Position numbers and translations under genes: made by a program | From: Balanoglossus misakiensis | Taxonomy: Eukaryota > Animalia > Hemichordata | Length of the DNA: 64,000 bases | Direction of reading: 5' to 3' | Assembly: GCA_040954595.2 (NCBI GenBank) | Contig: CM082585.2 | Span: 8,505,649-8,569,648, forward strand | Notes under the pieces: model-generated | What the model saw: only the letters and a program-made list of their open reading frames with translations | The model's database searches: none | What the model was told of the DNA's origin: nothing | Shown: positions 1-15,000 of the stretch, piece by piece | Numbering within the stretch: the first letter of the stretch is position 1 | How the letters are laid out: each line of letters begins with the position of its first letter

Positions 1-3000
1 GAAAATCAAAATTTGGCCGATTTTCGATAAAAATCATGGGTTATAGCTCAGGAAATCATCAAAAAATGACAATTTTTCGACTTTGCGGAAAATCAAATTT
101 GGCCCGATTTTCGATAAAAATCATGGGTTATAGCTCAGGAAATCATCAAAAAATGACAATTTTTCGACTTTGCGGAAATCAAAATTTGGCCGATTTTTGA
201 TAAAAATCATGGGTTATAGCTCAGGAAATCGTCAAAAAATGACAATTTTTCGACTTTGCGGAAAATCAAAATTTGGCCGATTTTTGAAAAAAATCATGGG
301 TTATAGCTCAGGAAATCATCAAAAAATGACAATTTTTCGACTTTGCGGAAAATCAAAATTTGGCCGATTTTCGATAAAAATCATGGGTTATAGCTCAGGA
401 AATCATCAAAAAATGACAATTTTCGACTTTGCGGAAAATCAAAATTTGGCCGATTTTTGATAAAAATCATGGGTTATAGCTCAGGAAATCATCAAAAAAT
501 GACAATTTTTCGACTTTGCGGAAAATCAAAATTTGGCCGATTTTTGAAAAAAATCATGGGTTATAGCTCAGGAAATCATCAAAAATGACAATTTTCGACT
601 TTGCGGAAAATCAAAATTTGGCCGATTTTTGAAAAAAATCATGGGTTATAGCTCAGGAAATCATCAAAAAATGACAATTTTTCGACTTTGCGGAAAATCA
701 AAATTTGGCCGATTTTTGATAAAAATCATGGGTTATAGCTCAGGAAATCATCAAAAAATGACAATTTTTCGACTTTGCGGAAAATCAAAATTTGGCCGAT
801 TTTTGATAAAAATCATGGGTTATAGCTCAGGAAATCATCAAAAAATGACAATTTTTCGACTTTGCGGAAAATCAAAATTTGGCCGATTTTTGATAAAAAA
901 TCATGGGTTATAGCTCAGGAAATCATCAAAAAATGACAATTTTTCGACTTTGCGAAAATCAAAATTTGGCCGATTTTTGATAAAAATCATGGGTTATAGC
1001 TCAGGAAATCATCAAAAAATGACAATTTTTCGACTTTGCGGAAAATCAAAATTTGGCCGATTTTTGATAAAAATCATGGGTTATAGCTCAGGAAATCATC
1101 AAAAAATGACAATTTTTCGACTTTGCGGAAAATCAAAATTTGGCCGATTTTGAAAAAAATCATGGGTTATAGCTCAGGAAATCATCAAAAAATGACAATT
1201 TTTCGACTTTGCGGAAAATCAAAATTTGGCCGATTTTTGATAAAAATCATGGGTTATAGCTCAGGAAATCATCAAAAAATGACAATTTTTCGACTTTGCG
1301 GAAAATCAAAATTTGGCCGATTTTCGATAAAAATCATGGGTTATAGCTCAGGAAATCATCAAAAAATGACAATTTTTCGACTTTGCGGAAAATCAAAATT
1401 GGCCGATTTTCGATAAAAATCATGGGTTATAGCTCAGGAAATCATCAAAAAATGACAATTTTTCGACTTTGCGGAAAATCAAAATTTGGCCGATTTTCGA
1501 TAAAAATCATGGGTTATAGCTCAGGAAATCATCAAAAAATGACAATTTTTCGACTTTGCGGAAAATCAAAATTTGGCCGATTTTCGATAAAAATCATGGG
1601 TTATAGCTCAGGAAATCATCAAAAAATGACAATTTTTCGACTTTGCGGAAAATCAAAATTTGGCCGATTTTCGATAAAAATCATGGGTTATAGCTCAGGA
1701 AATCATCAAAAAATGACAATTTTTCGACTTTGCGGAAAATCAAAATTTGGCCGATTTTCGATAAAAATCATGGGTTATAGCTCAGGAAATCATCAAAAAA
1801 TGACAATTTTTCGACTTTGCGGAAAATCAAAATTTGGCCGATTTTCGATAAAAATCATGGGTTATAGCTCAGGAAATCATCAAAAAATGACAATTTTTCG
1901 ACTTTGCGGAAAATCAAAATTTGGCCGATTTTCGATAAAAATCATGGGTTATAGCTCAGGAAATCATCAAAAAATGACAATTTTTCGACTTTGCGGAAAA
2001 TCAAAATTTGGCCGATTTTCGATAAAAATCATGGGTTATAGCTCAGGAAATCATCAAAAAATGACAATTTTTCGACTTTGCGGAAAATCAAAATTTGGCC
2101 GATTTTCGATAAAAATCATGGGTTATAGCTCAGGAAATCATCAAAAAATGACAATTTTTCGACTTTGCGGAAAATCAAAATTTGGCCGATTTTCGATAAA
2201 AATCATGGGTTATAGCTCAGGAAATCATCAAAAAATGACAATTTTTCGACTTTGCGGAAAATCAAAATTTGGCCGATTTTCGATAAAAATCATGGGTTAT
2301 AGCTCAGGAAATCATCAAAAAATGACAATTTTTCGACTTTGCGGAAAATCAAAATTTGGCCGATTTTCGATAAAAATCATGGGTTATAGCTCAGGAAATC
2401 ATCAAAAAATGACAATTTTTCGACTTTGCGGAAAATCAAAATTTGGCCGATTTTCGATAAAAATCATGGGTTATAGCTCAGGAAATCATCAAAAAATGAC
2501 AATTTTTCGACTTTGCGGAAAATCAAAATTTGGCCGATTTTCGATAAAAATCATGGGTTATAGCTCAGGAAATCATCAAAAAATGACAATTTTTCGACTT
2601 TGCGGAAAATCAAAATTTGGCCGATTTTCGATAAAAATCATGGGTTATAGCTCAGGAAATCATCAAAAAATGACAATTTTTCGACTTTGCGGAAAATCAA
2701 AATTTGGCCGATTTTCGATAAAAATCATGGGTTATAGCTCAGGAAATCATCAAAAAATGACAATTTTTCGACTTTGCGGAAAATCAAAATTTGGCCGATT
2801 TTCGATAAAAATCATGGGTTATAGCTCAGGAAATCATCAAAAAATGACAATTTTTCGACTTTGCGGAAAATCAAAATTTGGCCGATTTTCGATAAAAATC
2901 ATGGGTTATAGCTCAGGAAATCATCAAAAAATGACAATTTTTCGACTTTGCGGAAAATCAAAATTTGGCCGATTTTCGATAAAAATCATGGGTTATAGCT

Positions 3001-6000
3001 CAGGAAATCATCAAAAAATGACAATTTTTCGACTTTGCGGAAAATCAAAATTTGGCCGATTTTCGATAAAAATCATGGGTTATAGCTCAGGAAATCATCA
3101 AAAAATGACAATTTTTCGACTTTGCGGAAAATCAAAATTTGGCCGATTTTCGATAAAAATCATGGGTTATAGCTCAGGAAATCATCAAAAAATGACAATT
3201 TTTCGACTTTGCGGAAAATCAAAATTTGGCCGATTTTCGATAAAAATCATGGGTTATAGCTCAGGAAATCATCAAAAAATGACAATTTTTCGACTTTGCG
3301 GAAAATCAAAATTTGGCCGATTTTCGATAAAAATCATGGGTTATAGCTCAGGAAATCATCAAAAAATGACAATTTTTCGACTTTGCGGAAAATCAAAATT
3401 TGGCCGATTTTCGATAAAAATCATGGGTTATAGCTCAGGAATCATCAAAAATGACAATTTTTCGACTTTGCGGAAAATCAAAATTTGGCCGATTTTCGAT
3501 AAAAATCATGGGTTATAGCTCAGGAAATCATCAAAAAATGACAATTTTTCGACTTTGCGGAAAATCAAAATTTGGCCGATTTTCGATAAAAATCATGGGT
3601 TATAGCTCAGGAAATCATCAAAAAATGACAATTTTTCGACTTTGCGGAAAATCAAAATTTGGCCGATTTTCGATAAAAATCATGGGTTATAGCTCAGGAA
3701 ATCATCAAAAAATGACAATTTTTCGACTTTGCGGAAAATCAAAATTTGGCCGATTTTCGATAAAAATCATGGGTTATAGCTCAGGAAATCATCAAAAAAT
3801 GACAATTTTTCGACTTTGCGGAAAATCAAAATTTGGCCGATTTTGATAAAAATCATGGGTTATAGCTCAGGAAATCATCAAAAAATGACAATTTTTCGAC
3901 TTTGCGGAAAATCAAAATTTGGCCGATTTTTGATAAAAATCATGGGTTATAGCTCAGGAAATCATCAAAAAATGACAATTTTTCGACTTTGCGGAAAATC
4001 AAAATTTGGCCGATTTTCGATAAAAATCATGGGTTTATAGCTCAGGAAATCATCAAAAAATGACAATTTTTCGACTTTGCGGAAAATCAAAATTTGGCCG
4101 ATTTTCGATAAAAATCATGGGTTATAGCTCAGGAAATCATCAAAAAATGACAATTTTTCGACTTTGCGGAAAATCAAAATTTGGCCGATTTTCGATAAAA
4201 ATCATGGGTTATAGCTCAGGAAATCATCAAAAAAATGACAATTTTTCGACTTTGCGGAAAATCAAAATTTGGCCGATTTTCGATAAAAATCATGGGTTAT
4301 AGCTCAGGAAATCATCAAAAAATGACAATTTTTCGACTTTGCGGAAAATCAAAATTTGGCCGATTTTCGATAAAAATCATGGGTTATAGCTCAGGAAATC
4401 ATCAAAAAATGACAATTTTTCGACTTTGCGGAAAATCAAAATTTGGCCGATTTTCGATAAAAATCATGGGTTATAGCTCAGGAAATCATCAAAAAATGAC
4501 AATTTTTCGACTTTGCGGAAAATCAAAATTTGGCCGATTTTCGATAAAAATCATGGGTTATAGCTCAGGAAATCATCAAAAAATGACAATTTTTCGACTT
4601 TGCGGAAAATCAAAATTTGGCCGATTTTCGATAAAAATCATGGGTTATAGCTCAGGAAATCATCAAAAAATGACAATTTTTCGACTTTGCGGAAAATCAA
4701 AATTTGGCCGATTTTCGATAAAAATCATGGGTTATAGCTCAGGAAATCATCAAAAAATGACAATTTTTCGACTTTGCGGAAAATCAAAATTTGGCCGATT
4801 TTCGATAAAAATCATGGGTTATAGCTCAGGAAATCATCAAAAATGACAATTTTTCGACTTTGCGGAAAATCAAAATTTGGCCGATTTTCGATAAAAATCA
4901 TGGGTTATAGCTCAGGAAATCATCAAAAAATGACAATTTTTCGACTTTGCGGAAATCAAAATTTGGCCGATTTTCGATAAAAATCATGGGTTATAGCTCA
5001 GGAAATCATCAAAAAATGACAATTTTTCGACTTTGCGGAAAATCAAAATTTGGCCGATTTTCGATAAAAATCATGGGTTATAGCTCAGGAAATCATCAAA
5101 AAATGACAATTTTTCGACTTTGCGGAAAATCAAAATTTGGCCGATTTTCGATAAAAATCATGGGTTATAGCTCAGGAAATCATCAAAAAATGACAATTTT
5201 TCGACTTTGCGGAAATCAAAATTTGGCCGATTTTCGATAAAAATCATGGGTTATAGCTCAGGAAATCATCAAAAAATGACAATTTTTCGACTTTGCGGAA
5301 AATCAAAATTTGGCCGATTTTCGATAAAAATCATGGGTTATAGCTCAGGAAATCATCAAAAAATGACAATTTTTCGACTTTGCGGAAAATCAAAATTTGG
5401 CCGATTTTCGATAAAAATCATGGGTTATAGCTCAGGAAATCATCAAAAAATGACAATTTTTCGACTTTGCGGAAAATCAAAATTTGGCCGATTTTCGATA
5501 AAAATCATGGGTTATAGCTCAGGAAATCATCAAAAAATGACAATTTTTCGACTTTGCGGAAAATCAAAATTTGGCCGATTTTCGATAAAAATCATGGGTT
5601 ATAGCTCAGGAAATCATCAAAAAATGACAATTTTTCGACTTTGCGGAAAATCAAAATTTGGCCGATTTTCGATAAAAATCATGGGTTATAGCTCAGGAAA
5701 TCATCAAAAAATGACAATTTTTCGACTTTGCGGAAAATCAAAATTTGGCCGATTTTCGATAAAAATCATGGGTTATAGCTCAGGAAATCATCAAAAAATG
5801 ACAATTTTTCGACTTTGCGGAAAATCAAAATTTGGCCGATTTTCGATAAAAATCATGGGTTATAGCTCAGGAAATCATCAAAAAATGACAATTTTTCGAC
5901 TTTGCGGAAAATCAAAATTTGGCCGATTTTCGATAAAAATCATGGGTTATAGCTCAGGAAATCATCAAAAAATGACAATTTTTCGACTTTGCGGAAAATC

Positions 6001-9000
6001 AAAATTTGGCCGATTTTCGATAAAAATCATGGGTTATAGCTCAGGAAATCATCAAAAAATGACAATTTTTCGACTTTGCGGAAAATCAAAATTTGGCCGA
6101 TTTTCGATAAAAATCATGGGTTATAGCTCAGGAAATCATCAAAAAATGACAATTTTTCGACTTTGCGGAAAATCAAAATTTGGCCGATTTTCGATAAAAA
6201 TCATGGGTTATAGCTCAGGAAATCATCAAAAAATGACAATTTTTCGACTTTGCGGAAAATCAAAATTTGGCCGATTTTCGATAAAAATCATGGGTTATAG
6301 CTCAGGAAATCATCAAAAAATGACAATTTTTCGACTTTGCGGAAAATCAAAATTTGGCCGATTTTCGATAAAAATCATGGGTTATAGCTCAGGAAATCAT
6401 CAAAAAATGACAATTTTTCGACTTTGCGGAAAATCAAAATTTGGCCGATTTTCGATAAAAATCATGGGTTATAGCTCAGGAAATCATCAAAAAATGACAA
6501 TTTTTCGACTTTGCGGAAAATCAAAATTTGGCCGATTTTCGATAAAAATCATGGGTTATAGCTCAGGAAATCATCAAAAATGACAATTTTTCGACTTTGC
6601 GGAAAATCAAAATTTGGCCGATTTTCGATAAAAATCATGGGTTATAGCTCAGGAAATCATCAAAAAATGACAATTTTTCGACTTTGCGGAAAATCAAAAT
6701 TTGGCCGATTTTCGATAAAAATCATGGGTTATAGCTCAGGAAATCATCAAAAAATGACAATTTTTCGACTTTGCGGAAAATCAAAATTTGGCCGATTTTC
6801 GATAAAAATCATGGGTTATAGCTCAGGAAATCATCAAAAAATGACAATTTTTCGACTTTGCGGAAAATCAAAATTTGGCCGATTTTCGATAAAAATCATG
6901 GGTTATAGCTCAGGAAATCATCAAAAAATGACAATTTTTCGACTTTGCGGAAAATCAAAATTTGTCCGATTTTCGATAAAAATCATGGGTTATAGCTCAG
7001 GAAATCATCAAAAATGACAATTTTTCGACTTTGTCGGAAAATCAAAATTTGTCCCGATCTTCGATAAAAATCATGGGTTATAGCTCAGGAAATCATCAAA
7101 AAATGACAATTTTTCGACTTTGCGGAAAATCAAAATTTGGCCGATTTTCGATAAAAATCATGGGTTATAGCTCAGGAAATCATCAAAAAATGACAATTTT
7201 TCGACTTTGCGGAAATCAAAATTTGGCCGATTTTCGATAAAAATCATGGGTTATAGCTCAGGAAATCATCAAAAAATGACAATTTTTCGACTTTGCGGAA
7301 AATCAAAATTTGGCCGATTTTCGATAAAAATCATGGGTTATAGCTCAGGAAATCATCAAAAAATGACAATTTTTCGACTTTGCGGAAAATCAAAATTTGG
7401 CCGATTTTCGATAAAAATCATGGTTATAGCTCAGGAAATCATCAAAAAATGACAATTTTTCGACTTTGCGGAAAATTCAAAATTTGGCCGATTTTCGATA
7501 AAAATCATGGGTTATAGCTCAGGAAATCATCAAAAATGACAATTTTTCGACTTTGCGGAAAATCAAAATTTGGCCGATTTTCGATTAAAAATCATGGGTT
7601 ATAGCTCAGAAATCCTCAAAAAATGACAATTTTTCGACTTTGCGGAAAATCAAAATTTGGCCGATTTTCGATAAAAATCATGGGTTATAGCTCAGGAAAT
7701 CATCAAAAAATGACAATTTTTCGACTTTGCGGAAAATCAAAATTTGGCCGATTTTCGATAAAAATCATGGGTTATAGCTCAGGAAATCATCAAAAATGAC
7801 AATTTTTCGACTTTGCGGAAAATCAAAATTTGGCCGATTTTCGATAAAAATCATGGGTTATAGCTCAGGAAATCATCAAAAAATGACAATTTTTCGACTT
7901 TGCGGAAAATCAAAATTTGGCCGATTTTTGATAAAAATCATGGGTTATAGCTCAGGAAATCATCAAAAAATGACAATTTTTCGACTTTGCGGAAAATCAA
8001 AATTTGGCCGATTTTGAAAAAAATCATGGGTTTATAGCTCAGGAAATCATCAAAAAATGACAATTTTTCGACTTTGCGGAAAATCAAAATTTGGCCGATT
8101 TTCGATAAAAATCATGGGTTATAGCTCAGGAAATCATCAAAAAATGACAATTTTCGACTTTGCGGAAAATCAAAATTTGGCCGATTTTCGATAAAAATCA
8201 TGGGTTATAGCTCAGGAAATCATCAAAAAATGACAATTTTTCGACTTTGCGGAAAATCAAAATTTGGCCGATTTTTCGAAAAAATCATGGGTTATAGCTC
8301 AGGAAATCATCAAAAAATGACAATTTTTCGACTTTGCGGAAAATCAAAATTTGGCCGATTTTTCGATAAAAATCATGGGTTATAGCTCAGGAAATCATCA
8401 AAAAATGACAATTTTTCGACTTTGCGGAAAATCAAAATTTGGCCGATTTTGATAAAAATCATGGGTTATAGCTCAGGAAATCATCAAAAAATGACAATTT
8501 TTCGACTTTGCGGAAAATCAAAATTTGGCCGATTTTTGATAAAAATCATGGGTTATAGCTCAGGAAATCATCAAAAATGACAATTTTTCGACTTTGCGGA
8601 AAATCAAAATTTGGCCGATTTTTCGATAAAAATCATGGGTTATAGCTCAGGAAATCATCAAAAAATGACAATTTTTCGACTTTGCGGAAAATCAAAATTT
8701 GGCCGATTTTCGATAAAAATCATGGGTTATAGCTCAGGAAATCATCAAAAAATGACAATTTTTCGACTTTGCGGAAAATCAAAATTTGGCCGATTTTTGA
8801 TAAAATCATGGGTTATAGCTCAGGAAATCATCAAAAAATGACAATTTTTCGACTTTGCGGAAAATCAAAATTTGGCCGATTTTTCGAAAAAAATCATGGG
8901 TTATAGCTCAGGAAATCATCAAAAAATGACAATTTTTCGACTTTGCGGAAAATCAAAATTTGGCCGATTTTTGATAAAAATCATGGGTTATAGCTCAGGA

Positions 9001-12000
9001 AATCATCAAAAAATGACAATTTTTCGACTTTGCGGAAAATCAAAATTTGGCCGATTTTTGATAAAAATCATGGGTTATAGCTCAGGAAATCATCAAAAAA
9101 TGACAATTTTTCGACTTTGCGGAAAATCAAAATTTGGCCGATTTTTGATAAAAATCATGGGTTATAGCTCAGGAAATCATCAAAAAATGACAATTTTTCG
9201 ACTTTGCGGAAAATCAAAATTTGGCCGATTTTTGATAAAAATCATGGGTTATAGCTCAGGAAATCATCAAAAAATGACAATTTTTCGACTTTGCGGAAAA
9301 TCAAAATTTGGCCGATTTTTGAAAAAAATCATGGGTTATAGCTCAGGAAATCATCAAAAAATGACAATTTTTCGACTTTGCGGAAAATCAAAATTTGGCC
9401 GATTTTTGAAAAAAATCATGGGTTATAGCTCAGGAAATCATCAAAAATGACAATTTTTCGACTTTGCGGAAAATCAAAATTTGGCCGATTTTTGAAAAAA
9501 ATCATGGGTTATAGCTCAGGAAATCATCAAAAAATGACAATTTTTCGACTTTGCGGAAAATCAAAATTTGGCCGATTTTTGAAAAAAATCATGGGTTATA
9601 GCTCAGGAAATCATCAAAAAATGACAATTTTTCGACTTTGCGGAAAATCAAAATTTGGCCGATTTTTGATAAAAATCATGGGTTATAGCTCAGGAAATCA
9701 TCAAAAAATGACAATTTTTCGACTTTGCGGAAAATCAAAATTTGGCCGATTTTTGATAAAAATCATGGGTTATAGCTCAGGAAATCATCAAAAAAATGAC
9801 AATTTTTCGACTTTGCGGAAAATCAAAATTTGGCCGATTTTTGATAAAAATCATGGGTTATAGCTCAGGAAATCATCAAAAAATGACAATTTTTCGACTT
9901 TGCGGAAAATCAAAATTTGGCCGATTTTTGATAAAAATCATGGGTTATAGCTCAGGAAATCATCAAAAAATGACAATTTTTCGACTTTGCGGAAAATCAA
10001 AATTTGGCCGATTTTTGATAAAAATCATGGGTTATAGCTCAGGAAATCATCAAAAAATGACAATTTTTCGACTTTGCGGAAAATCAAAATTTGGCCGATT
10101 TTTGAAAAAAATCATGGGTTATAGCTCAGGAAATCATCAAAAAATGACAATTTTTCGACTTTGCGGAAAATCAAAATTTGGCCGATTTTTGAAAAAAATC
10201 ATGGGTTAAAGCTCAGGAAATCATCAAAAAATGACAATTTTTCGACTTTGCGGAAAATCAAAATTTGGCCGATTTTTGAAAAAAATCATGGGTTAAAGCT
10301 CAGGAAATCATCAAAAAATGACAATTTTTCGACTTTGCGGAAAATCAAAATTTGGCCGATTTTTGAAAAAAATCATGGGTTATAGCTCAGGAAATCATCA
10401 AAAAATGACAATTTTTCGACTTTGCGGAAAATCAAAATTTGGCCGATTTTTGAAAAAAATCATGGGTTATAGCTCAGGAAATCATCAAAAAATGACAATT
10501 TTTCGACTTTGCGGAAAATCAAAATTTGGCCGATTTTTGATAAAAATCATGGGTTATAGCTTAGGAAATCATCAAAAAATGACAATTTTTCGACTTTGCG
10601 GAAAATCAAAATTTGGCCGATTTTTGAAAAAAATCATGGGTTATAGCTCAGGAAATCATCAAAAAATGACAATTTTTCGACTTTGCGGAAAATCAAAATT
10701 TGGCCGATTTTCGATAAAAATCATGGGTTATAGCTCAGGAAATCATCAAAAAATGACAATTTTTCGACTTTGCGGAAAATCAAGATTTGGCCGATTTTCG
10801 AAAAAAATCATGGGTTATAGCTCAGGAAATCATCAAAAAATGACAATTTTTCGACTTTGCGGAAAATCAAAGATTTGGCCGATTTTCGAAAAAAATCATG
10901 GGTTATAGCTCAGGAAATCATCAAAAAATGACAATTTTTCGACTTTGCGGAAAATCAAGATTTGGCCGATTTTCGAAAAAAATCATGGGTTATAGCTCAG
11001 GAAATCATCAAAAAATGACAATTTTTCGACTTTGCGGAAAATCAAGATTTGGCCGATTTTCGATAAAAATCATGGGTTATAGCTCAGGAAATCATCAAAA
11101 AATGACAATTTTTCGACTTTGCGGAAAATCAAGATTTGGCCGATTTTCGAAAAAAATCATGGGTTATAGCTCAGGAAATCATCAAAAAATGACAATTTTT
11201 CGACTTTGCGGAAAATCAAAATTTGGCCGATTTTCGAAAAAAATCATGGGTTATAGCTCAGGAAATCATCAAAAAATGACAATTTTTCGACTTTGCGGAA
11301 AATCAAAATTTGGCCGATTTTCGAAAAAAATCATGGGTTATAGCTCAGGAAATCATCAAAAATGACAATTTTTCGACTTTGCGGAAAATCAAAATTTGGC
11401 CGATTTTCGATAAAAATCATGGGTTATAGCTCAGGAAATCATCAAAAAATGACAATTTTTCGACTTTGCGGAAAATCAAAATTTGGCCGATTTTCGATAA
11501 AAATCATGGGTTATAGCTCAGGAAATCATCAAAAAATGACAATTTTTCGACTTTGCGGAAAATCAAACTTTGGCCGATTTTCGATAAAAATCATGGGTTA
11601 TAGCTCAGGAAATCATCAAAAAATGACAATTTTCGACTTTGCGGAAATCAAAATTTGGCCGATTTTCGATAAAAATCATGGGTTATAGCTCAGGAAATCA
11701 TCAAAAAATGACAATTTTTCGACTTTGCGGAAAATCAAAATTTGGGCGATTTTCGATAAAAATCATGGGTTATAGCTCAGGAAATCATCAAAAAATGACA
11801 ATTTTTCGACTTTGCGGAAAATCAAAATTTGGCCGATTTTCGATAAAAATCATGGGTTATAGCTCAGGAAATCATCAAAAAATGACAATTTTTCGACTTT
11901 GCGGAAAATCAAAATTTGGCCGATTTTCGATAAAAATCATGGGTTATAGCTCAGGAAATCATCAAAAAATGACAATTTTTCGACTTTGCGGAAAATCAAA

Positions 12001-15000
12001 ATTTGGCCGATTTTCGAAAAAAATCATGGGTTATAGCTCAGGAAATCATCAAAAAATGACAATTTTTCGACTTTGCGGAAAATCAAAATTTGGCCGATTT
12101 TCGAAAAAAATCATGGGTTATAGCTCAGGAAATCATCAAAAAATGACAATTTTTCGACTTTGCGGAAAATCAAAATTTGGCCGATTTTCGAAAAAAATCA
12201 TGGGTTATAGCTCAGGAAATCATCAAAAAATGACAATTTTTCGACTTTGCGGAAAATCAAAATTTGGCCGATTTCGAAAAAAATCATGGGTTATAGCTCA
12301 GGAAATCATCAAAAAATGACAATTTGTCGACTTTGCGGAAAATCAAAATTTGCCGATTTTCGAAAAAAATCATGGGTTATAGCTCAGGAAATCATCAAAA
12401 AATGACAATTTTTCGACTTTGCGGAAAATCAAAATTTGGCCGATATTCGATAAAAATCATGGGTTATATAGCTCAGGAAATCATCAAAAAATGACAATTT
12501 TTCGACTTTGCGGAAAATCAAAATTTGGCCGATATTCGATAAAAATCATGGGTTATATAGCTCAGGAAATCATCAAAAAATGACAATTTTTCGACTTTGC
12601 GGAAAATCAAAATTTGGCCGATATTCGATAAAAATCATGGGTTATAGCTCAGGAAATCATCAAAAAATGACAATTTTTCGACTTTGCGGAAAATCAAAAT
12701 TTGGCCGATTTTTGATAAAAATCATGGGTTATAGCTCAGGAAATCATCAAAAAATGACAATTTTTCGACTTTGCGGAAAATCAAAATTTGGCCGATTTTT
12801 GATAAAAATCATGGGTTATAGCTCAGGAAATCATCAAAAAATGACAATTTTTCGACTTTGCGGAAAATCAAAATTTGGCCGATTATTGATAAAAATCATG
12901 GGTTATAGCTCAGGAAATCATCAAAAAATGACAATTTTTCGACTTTGCGGAAAATCAAAATTTGGCCGATTTTTGATAAAAATCATGGGTTATAGCTCAG
13001 GAAATCATCAAAAAATGACAATTTTTCGACTTTGCGGAAAATCAAAATTTGGCCGATTTTTGATAAAAATCATGGGTTATAGCTCAGGAAATCATCAAAA
13101 AATGACAATTTTTCGACTTTGCGGAAAATCAAAATTTGGCCGATTTTTGATAAAAATCATGGGTTATAGCTCAGGAAATCATCAAAAAATGACAATTTTT
13201 CGACTTTGCGGAAAATCAAAATTTGGCCGATTTTTGATAAAAATCATGGGTTATAGCTCAGGAAATCATCAAAAAATGACAATTTTTCGACTTTGCGGAA
13301 AATCAAAATTTGGCCGATTTTTGAAAAAAATCATGGGTTATAGCTCAGGAAATCATCAAAAAATGACAATTTTTCGACTTTGCGGAAAATCAAAATTTGG
13401 CCGATTTTTGATAAAAATCATGGGTTATAGCTCAGGAAATCATCAAAAAATGACAATTTTTCGACTTTGCGGAAAATCAAAATTTGGCCGATTTTTGATA
13501 AAAATCATGGGTTATAGCTCAGGAAATCATCAAAAAATGACAATTTTTCGACTTTGCGGAAAATCAAAATTTGGCCGATTTTTGATAAAAATCATGGGTT
13601 ATAGCTCAGGAAATCATCAAAAAATGACAATTTTTCGACTTTGCGGAAAATCAAAATTTGGCCGATTTTTGAAAAAAATCATGGGTTATAGCTCAGGAAA
13701 TCATCAAAAAATGACAATTTTTCGACTTTGCGGAAAATCAAAATTTGGCCGATTTTTGATAAAAATCATGGGTTATAGCTCAGGAAATCATCAAAAAATG
13801 ACAATTTTTCGACTTTGCGGAAAATCAAAATTTGGCCGATTTTTGATAAAAATCATGGGTTATAGCTCAGGAAATCATCAAAAAATGACAATTTTTCGAC
13901 TTTGCGGAAAATCAAAATTTGGCCGATTTTTGATAAAAATCATGGGTTATAGCTCAGGAAATCATCAAAAAATGACAATTTTTCGACTTTGCGGAAAATC
14001 AAAATTTGGCCGATTTTTGATAAAAATCATGGGTTATAGCTCAGGAAATCATCAAAAAATGACAATTTTTCGACTTTGCGGAAAATCAAAATTTGGCCGA
14101 TTTTTGATAAAAATCATGGGTTATAGCTCAGGAAATCATCAAAAAATGACAATTTTTCGACTTTGCGGAAAATCAAAATTTGGCCGATTTTTGATAAAAA
14201 TCATGGGTTATAGCTCAGGAAATCATCAAAAAATGACAATTTTTCGACTTTGCGGAAAATCAAAATTTGGCCGATTTTTGATAAAAATCATGGGTTATAG
14301 CTCAGGAAATCATCAAAAAATGACAATTTTTCGACTTTGCGGAAAATCAAAATTTGGCCGATTTTGAAAAAAATCATGGGTTATAGCTCAGGAAATCATC
14401 AAAAAATGACAATTTTTCGACTTTGCGGAAAATCAAAATTTGGCCGATTTTTGATAAAAATCATGGGTTATAGCTCAGGAAATCATCAAAAAATGACAAT
14501 TTTTCGACTTTGCGGAAAATCAAAATTTGGCCGATTTTTGAAAAAAATCATGGGTTATAGCTCAGGAAATCATCAAAAAATGACAATTTTTCGACTTTGC
14601 GGAAAATCAAAATTTGGCCGATTTTTGAAAAAAATCATGGGTAATAGCTCAGGAAATCATCAAAAAATGACAATTTTTCGACTTTGCGGAAAATCAAAAT
14701 TTGGCCGATTTTTGAAAAAAATCATGGGTAATAGCTCAGGAAATCATCAAAAAATGACAATTTTTCGACTTTGCGGAAAATCAAAATTTGGCCGATTTTT
14801 GAAAAAAATCATGGGTTATAGCTCAGGAAATCATCAAAAAATGACAATTTTTCGACTTTGCGGAAAATCAAAATTTGGCCGATTTTTGAAAAAAATCACG
14901 GGTTATAGCTCATGAAATCATCAAAAAATGACAATTTTTCGACTTTGCGGAAAATCAAAATTTGGCCGATTTTTGAAAAAAATCACGGGTTAAAGCTCAG

